This document shows, one piece after another, positions 60,160 to 64,000 of a stretch of 64,000 nucleotides of DNA. The stretch is taken from the NCBI GenBank assembly GCA_021613535.1, contig CP075493.1:4526001-4590000 (forward strand). Direction: 5' to 3'. Below the pieces are notes generated by a model that saw only the letters and a list, made by a program, of their open reading frames with translations, searched no databases and was not told the DNA's origin. The position numbers and the translations under genes were made by a program. Numbering within the stretch: position 1 is the first letter of the stretch; every line of letters begins with the position of its first letter. The DNA is from Adineta vaga (Eukaryota; Animalia; Rotifera).

Positions 60160-61043
60160 TTAAGGCTTAAACCAAATAGGTCGAATCTTCATTTCTGTTG
60201 TCTTTAATGAATAATGAGGGCCTTTAAATGTTCTCCAGTTCACTCCCGCAGCATATATTGTTGGATGATGTCCTCGTAAGTAACCACCGTTCAGGTTTGA
60301 ACTATGACATGAGCCATACCACCATGCTCCGTTATATACTTGTGCGCAAGAACTAGTATGAAGATCGTTATCTTCATCTTTAGTGGAAAATCGCTTGCCA
60401 CTGTGAATAAGTAATGAATCCCCCGCATCTCCCTTCACGAACGATTCTAATGCCAGCCGATACTTGTCTAATTCGTTCGAGACTCGAAAGCTGTAGTACT
60501 GAGCATAACGTTTCTGCCCATCAAAATCTTCGAGATCAACACGTAATTGATATCGATCTTGATTAGTCAACATTGCTAACCGATCGTTTCCTAACCAAAA
60601 TTGTCGATGAAGATCACCAAAACCTCGTTTATATTCAAGCCATGTTCGATAAAAGTCTTCTTGAGGAACAAAATCACCTCGTTTTTGAAAAACTATCCAT
60701 CCACCACCATCTGTATCCATATCACACAACACCATAAATGGCTTTCCTATTATTTCAATAGAATATTATATTTATGAGTACGATATGAAGGATTATATAT
60801 ACCTTCTCTTGGCCAAATCTCGTAGACACCAGTTGGTGCATGTTGATTCGATGCTTGAGCATTGCGATAAACAGCTGCACAATCTTCTGGATAATCACTT
60901 AAATATTGATGATCATTCGATTTAAGTTCAATAACGTTTGAATGATTGAAAACGAGACCACGTGATAAGTCAACATTAATATCATATCCATTTACCAATC
61001 CAACAAGTGTTACGAAGAGTACAATAATATGTTTTAGCTGCAT
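60160..61043 (-). CDS. Secreted fibrinogen-related protein (ficolin/FReD-like), 2 exons
   Basis: Signal peptide MQLKHIIVLF.., PEDC, CDMDTDGGGWIVFQKR, FWLGND, FSTKDEDND, GAWWYGSCHSSNLNG, EMKIRP. Confidence 0.93.
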
Positions 61044-62369
61044 TTTTATTTTAAAATAATGATACGATGATGTTGTTTTCGACATTATATATATGCATAC
61101 ATATGACTCATATCTTTATATCTGTTCGATCATGATTACTGAATTATTTTTATGCTATGTCGTCGAAATTGCTTTGTGTGTACACAGGTGATATGTGGTT
61201 GCTAGGAACGCAAGAACGTTTTTCAGAGATAAATGATTATCGTATCTTCTAATATCCGTTTTTCATGAAAACGAATAAATCTTAAACTATTGATAAGCCA
61301 AATGAATATATTCTCATCAAGGAAAAAAACTTTCTACAATACATAGTTTCGCTGAATGAGATATACGCATCATTTTATTCACAAGATGAAAAGGCTGTTA
61401 TTGAAATTTCTTCAGAGAGTTTTGACTGAATCGATTTACTTATCAAACAAAATAGATCTTGCATTTTCGATAAAGGATGGGAAGTACTGATGTAAAGAAA
61501 TTATGATAGATATTGTCATTAAGGAAGCTATTCAAGAAAAAATTCATCAGTTTAAACCAATAACACCACGAGCATAAATTAATTAAAATGTAACTGAAAA
61601 AAGAACGCCATATCTATTTATATCAATATGAAAAAGAAATGAGAACAGGTAATTGCTTTCATAGCGAAGGAAATATCTTTTTTCGGCGAAACTTAATCAT
61701 TGTTTAAGACTGATGAAAAAGATTAAAATAGAGCTTTGTCACATGAATTGATATTTTGTTTTTTATTAAAATTTTAAATCTGGATCATACCATGAGTCAT
61801 CTTGTCAACAAAACAATCATATACGTTCGTGCAATTCGAAAGAGACTTCGTTTTCTTCATTTGCGTTTTCTATATATGTTAGTCGAGCATAGTTTCGAAA
61901 TTTAAAAGATACGAAAAAGGAAAATCATTCGCAAACGCTATCAATAACTTGAGTTGATTGATTCACGCGGAATGACACTTAACACTCCCCAAAACTGACG
62001 ATAAGAATATCACGGACATCTTTTCTCTATTAGTTTCAGTCAAAATAAAAAGAATAGGGTCTTAACATCATCTTAAGTAAAGATTCTATTTCAATGTCGT
62101 ACGATTATTTGTCGGAAATTCCCATTCAATTTATATTTCTCATCCTCAACATTTACTCCGGTATTTTTGATTCTTTTAGTATTCTATTACTCGAACTGTA
62201 GTAGATTTACATCAAAGCACATTCGCAGACATCAATCTCTTTTCGATATCATTTGATCCTTTTTCTGTAATTGACTTTCATCATGAAAATATATATAAAT
62301 ATATAAATCAGACAACGATCGATAACAGGACTCAGAATTGATGTGAAGAAGAAGAAGAAGGTGTTATCA

Positions 62370-63412
62370 ATGCAACGAAGTACGATTAATCTTGTAACGT
62401 TTGCTATTGTTTGTAGTTTATGGTTACTAGCAAAGTGTGATGCACAGCCAAGTAAGTTCATTCTATGACTATCAGAGTTCATTGATGTGATGTATATATT
62501 CTAGAAAATGAAGTAGATTGCAGTCAATTTGTTAATGATGAAGATATTCTTCGTCAATTACCATTTCCTCTTGTGGACCATTCATACGAATTTTCGCAAA
62601 ATCATAGTAAGGTAGAGATGTATGAAAATACAAGTGATGTCCGTGGTATTTCCATCTACAAAGAAAAAGTTGTTCCATCTAGTATTTATTGTTTGTCGAA
62701 ACTTGAAAAATTAGAAGTTTATCAAACACCGTTTGAAAATGGTAATGTATCCGTGATTGTTGTCGTAAAAGAGGAGTATAACTAATTTTGTTTTCATCTC
62801 GTTGTGATAGACATTGTTCCTGATGCATTAGGCAATCTGGAAAATCTTGCTCAATTGATTATTTTCGATGTAAAGATTGCGAAATTGACTGAAAAACTGG
62901 CAACGCTACGAAATATGATTATGTTAACACTCATTCAGTGTTCATTAATTTATGTACCAAATCTCAGCAATTTGCAACAATTAGAATCTCTTTCCTTGGA
63001 TAAAAATAATTTGTCACATGTTGATGGTATAACTGGTGTTACAGATCTAATGCTCGAGAATAATCAATTCAAACAAATTCCCATGACACAAGATCCAGAT
63101 CGATTAATGGTACTCGCTATGGGTGATAATCCATTAACAAGTGCTGCACCTATTATGTCGTATAAGAATCTCGAGTGGATCTTTTTGAATAATGCAACAA
63201 TAACATCAATTCCAGCAACGATTGATAAATTGCGAAATGTGGAATATCTTCGTTTATCTAATAACAAACTCACTCGTCTACCAACAAATATTCTGAATCT
63301 TCGTCGTTTGAAAGAGTTGACTATCGAAAACAATTTAATTGCAAAAAGAGATGTTGAATCAATTCGTCAATCATTCAAAAGATCACATCCAAAATTGAAA
63401 CTATTGTCTTGA
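62370..63412 (+). CDS. Secreted leucine-rich repeat protein (3 exons)
   Basis: Signal exon MQRSTINLVTFAIVCSLWLLAKCDA; LxxLxLxxNxL repeats in the last exon. Confidence 0.85.
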
Positions 63413-63562
63413 TAATAAGACTGTTTTTCTTTGAAAAAAATGATCAACTTTATCATCTGAATAAAATAACTACAAACATAGAAAAAGTCAGAATCGCAAA
63501 TATACCAAAAAACGGTTATCTAACGAATACTCTACTGTCTTCAGAGATATCTTACATTAAAG

Positions 63563-64000
63563 TTATAGAGATAAAACCGTATGTTGAAGAAATACAATAA
63601 AAATAGAATAGAAAAGAAAACTAGATTTAAAACTTATAATACATCCTTTATTTCCAGTATATTGATTTTTACAAGTACCATTCGTGCGACCATTATTAGC
63701 ATCCGAAGGACATATTGATTGATATTGATTTTGACAAGCTTGTGTACAAGTTATCGACGTACATGGAGTTGCTGAGACATCACCTACGTAAATATTCGGT
63801 AAACAATCACGACCTGATTGGCAGCACACACATGAACATGTCGTGCCAACAGAAGATCCGGTAACTGTATTTACGGATGTCGTTGATGTTGTTGTCGTCG
63901 TTGATATCATTCCGAGACATGTGCCAATGGTTTGTCCTTTTTGCTCCCCAACACATTGATTTGGATATTGAGCATTACATGAAAGACTACATGAACTTTC
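63563..64000 (-). CDS. Cys-rich repeat / Thr-linker protein with hydrophobic C-terminus (GPI-like); 5' end outside the window
   Basis: Frame is open to the window edge; two similar C..C..QY..C....G.C units; hydrophobic tail. Confidence 0.65.
   Translation of the reverse strand, partial: ESSCSLSCNAQYPNQCVGEQKGQTIGTCLGMISTTTTTSTTSVNTVTGSSVGTTCSCVCCQSGRDCLPNIYVGDVSATPCTSITCTQACQNQYQSICPSDANNGRTNGTCKNQYTGNKGCIISFKSSFLFYSIFIVFLQHTVLSL

Noticed and set aside
61200-61580. Coding-like stretch upstream of the fibrinogen-related gene
   Set aside because: Multiple stops in the frame examined, no ORF in the track and no recognisable motif
1-64000. Prokaryotic contig, CRISPR array, rRNA or tRNA genes
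   Set aside because: Spliceosomal introns and metazoan genes occur throughout; no regularly spaced repeats or structural RNA signatures were recognised by eye

Overview
AT-rich, gene-dense eukaryotic DNA with short (about 50-60 nt) GT-AG introns. The gene content points to a bdelloid rotifer of the Adineta/Rotaria type (inference): expanded F-box/LRR, orphan GPCR, FG-GAP, kelch and Thr-rich families mixed with many bacterial- and fungal-like enzymes. Ordinary metazoan genes include a nAChR alpha subunit, an ABHD lipase, IAP, eIF4E2, TMEM254, an RBR E3, Fem-1 and a fibrinogen-related protein. Candidate horizontally acquired genes are a GH141-like beta-helix protein, GH88, cyanophycinase, a fungal-type nucleoside hydrolase pseudogene, a fungal-type small membrane protein and a His-rich membrane protein. 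Two bacterial-operon-like multi-enzyme fusions stand out. The first is an intronless soluble-domain + phospholipid-methyltransferase-like + PAP2 + Lgt-like protein (23113-25824). The second is a spliced ~1320-aa TM + FAD oxidase + SAM-methyltransferase + extra-domain protein (54838-58913). Also present are a foldback/MITE-like inverted repeat, a near-identical 3' exon shared by two otherwise different mucin genes, symmetric micro-exons and several decayed genes. All homology calls come from motif recognition by eye; no searches were run.
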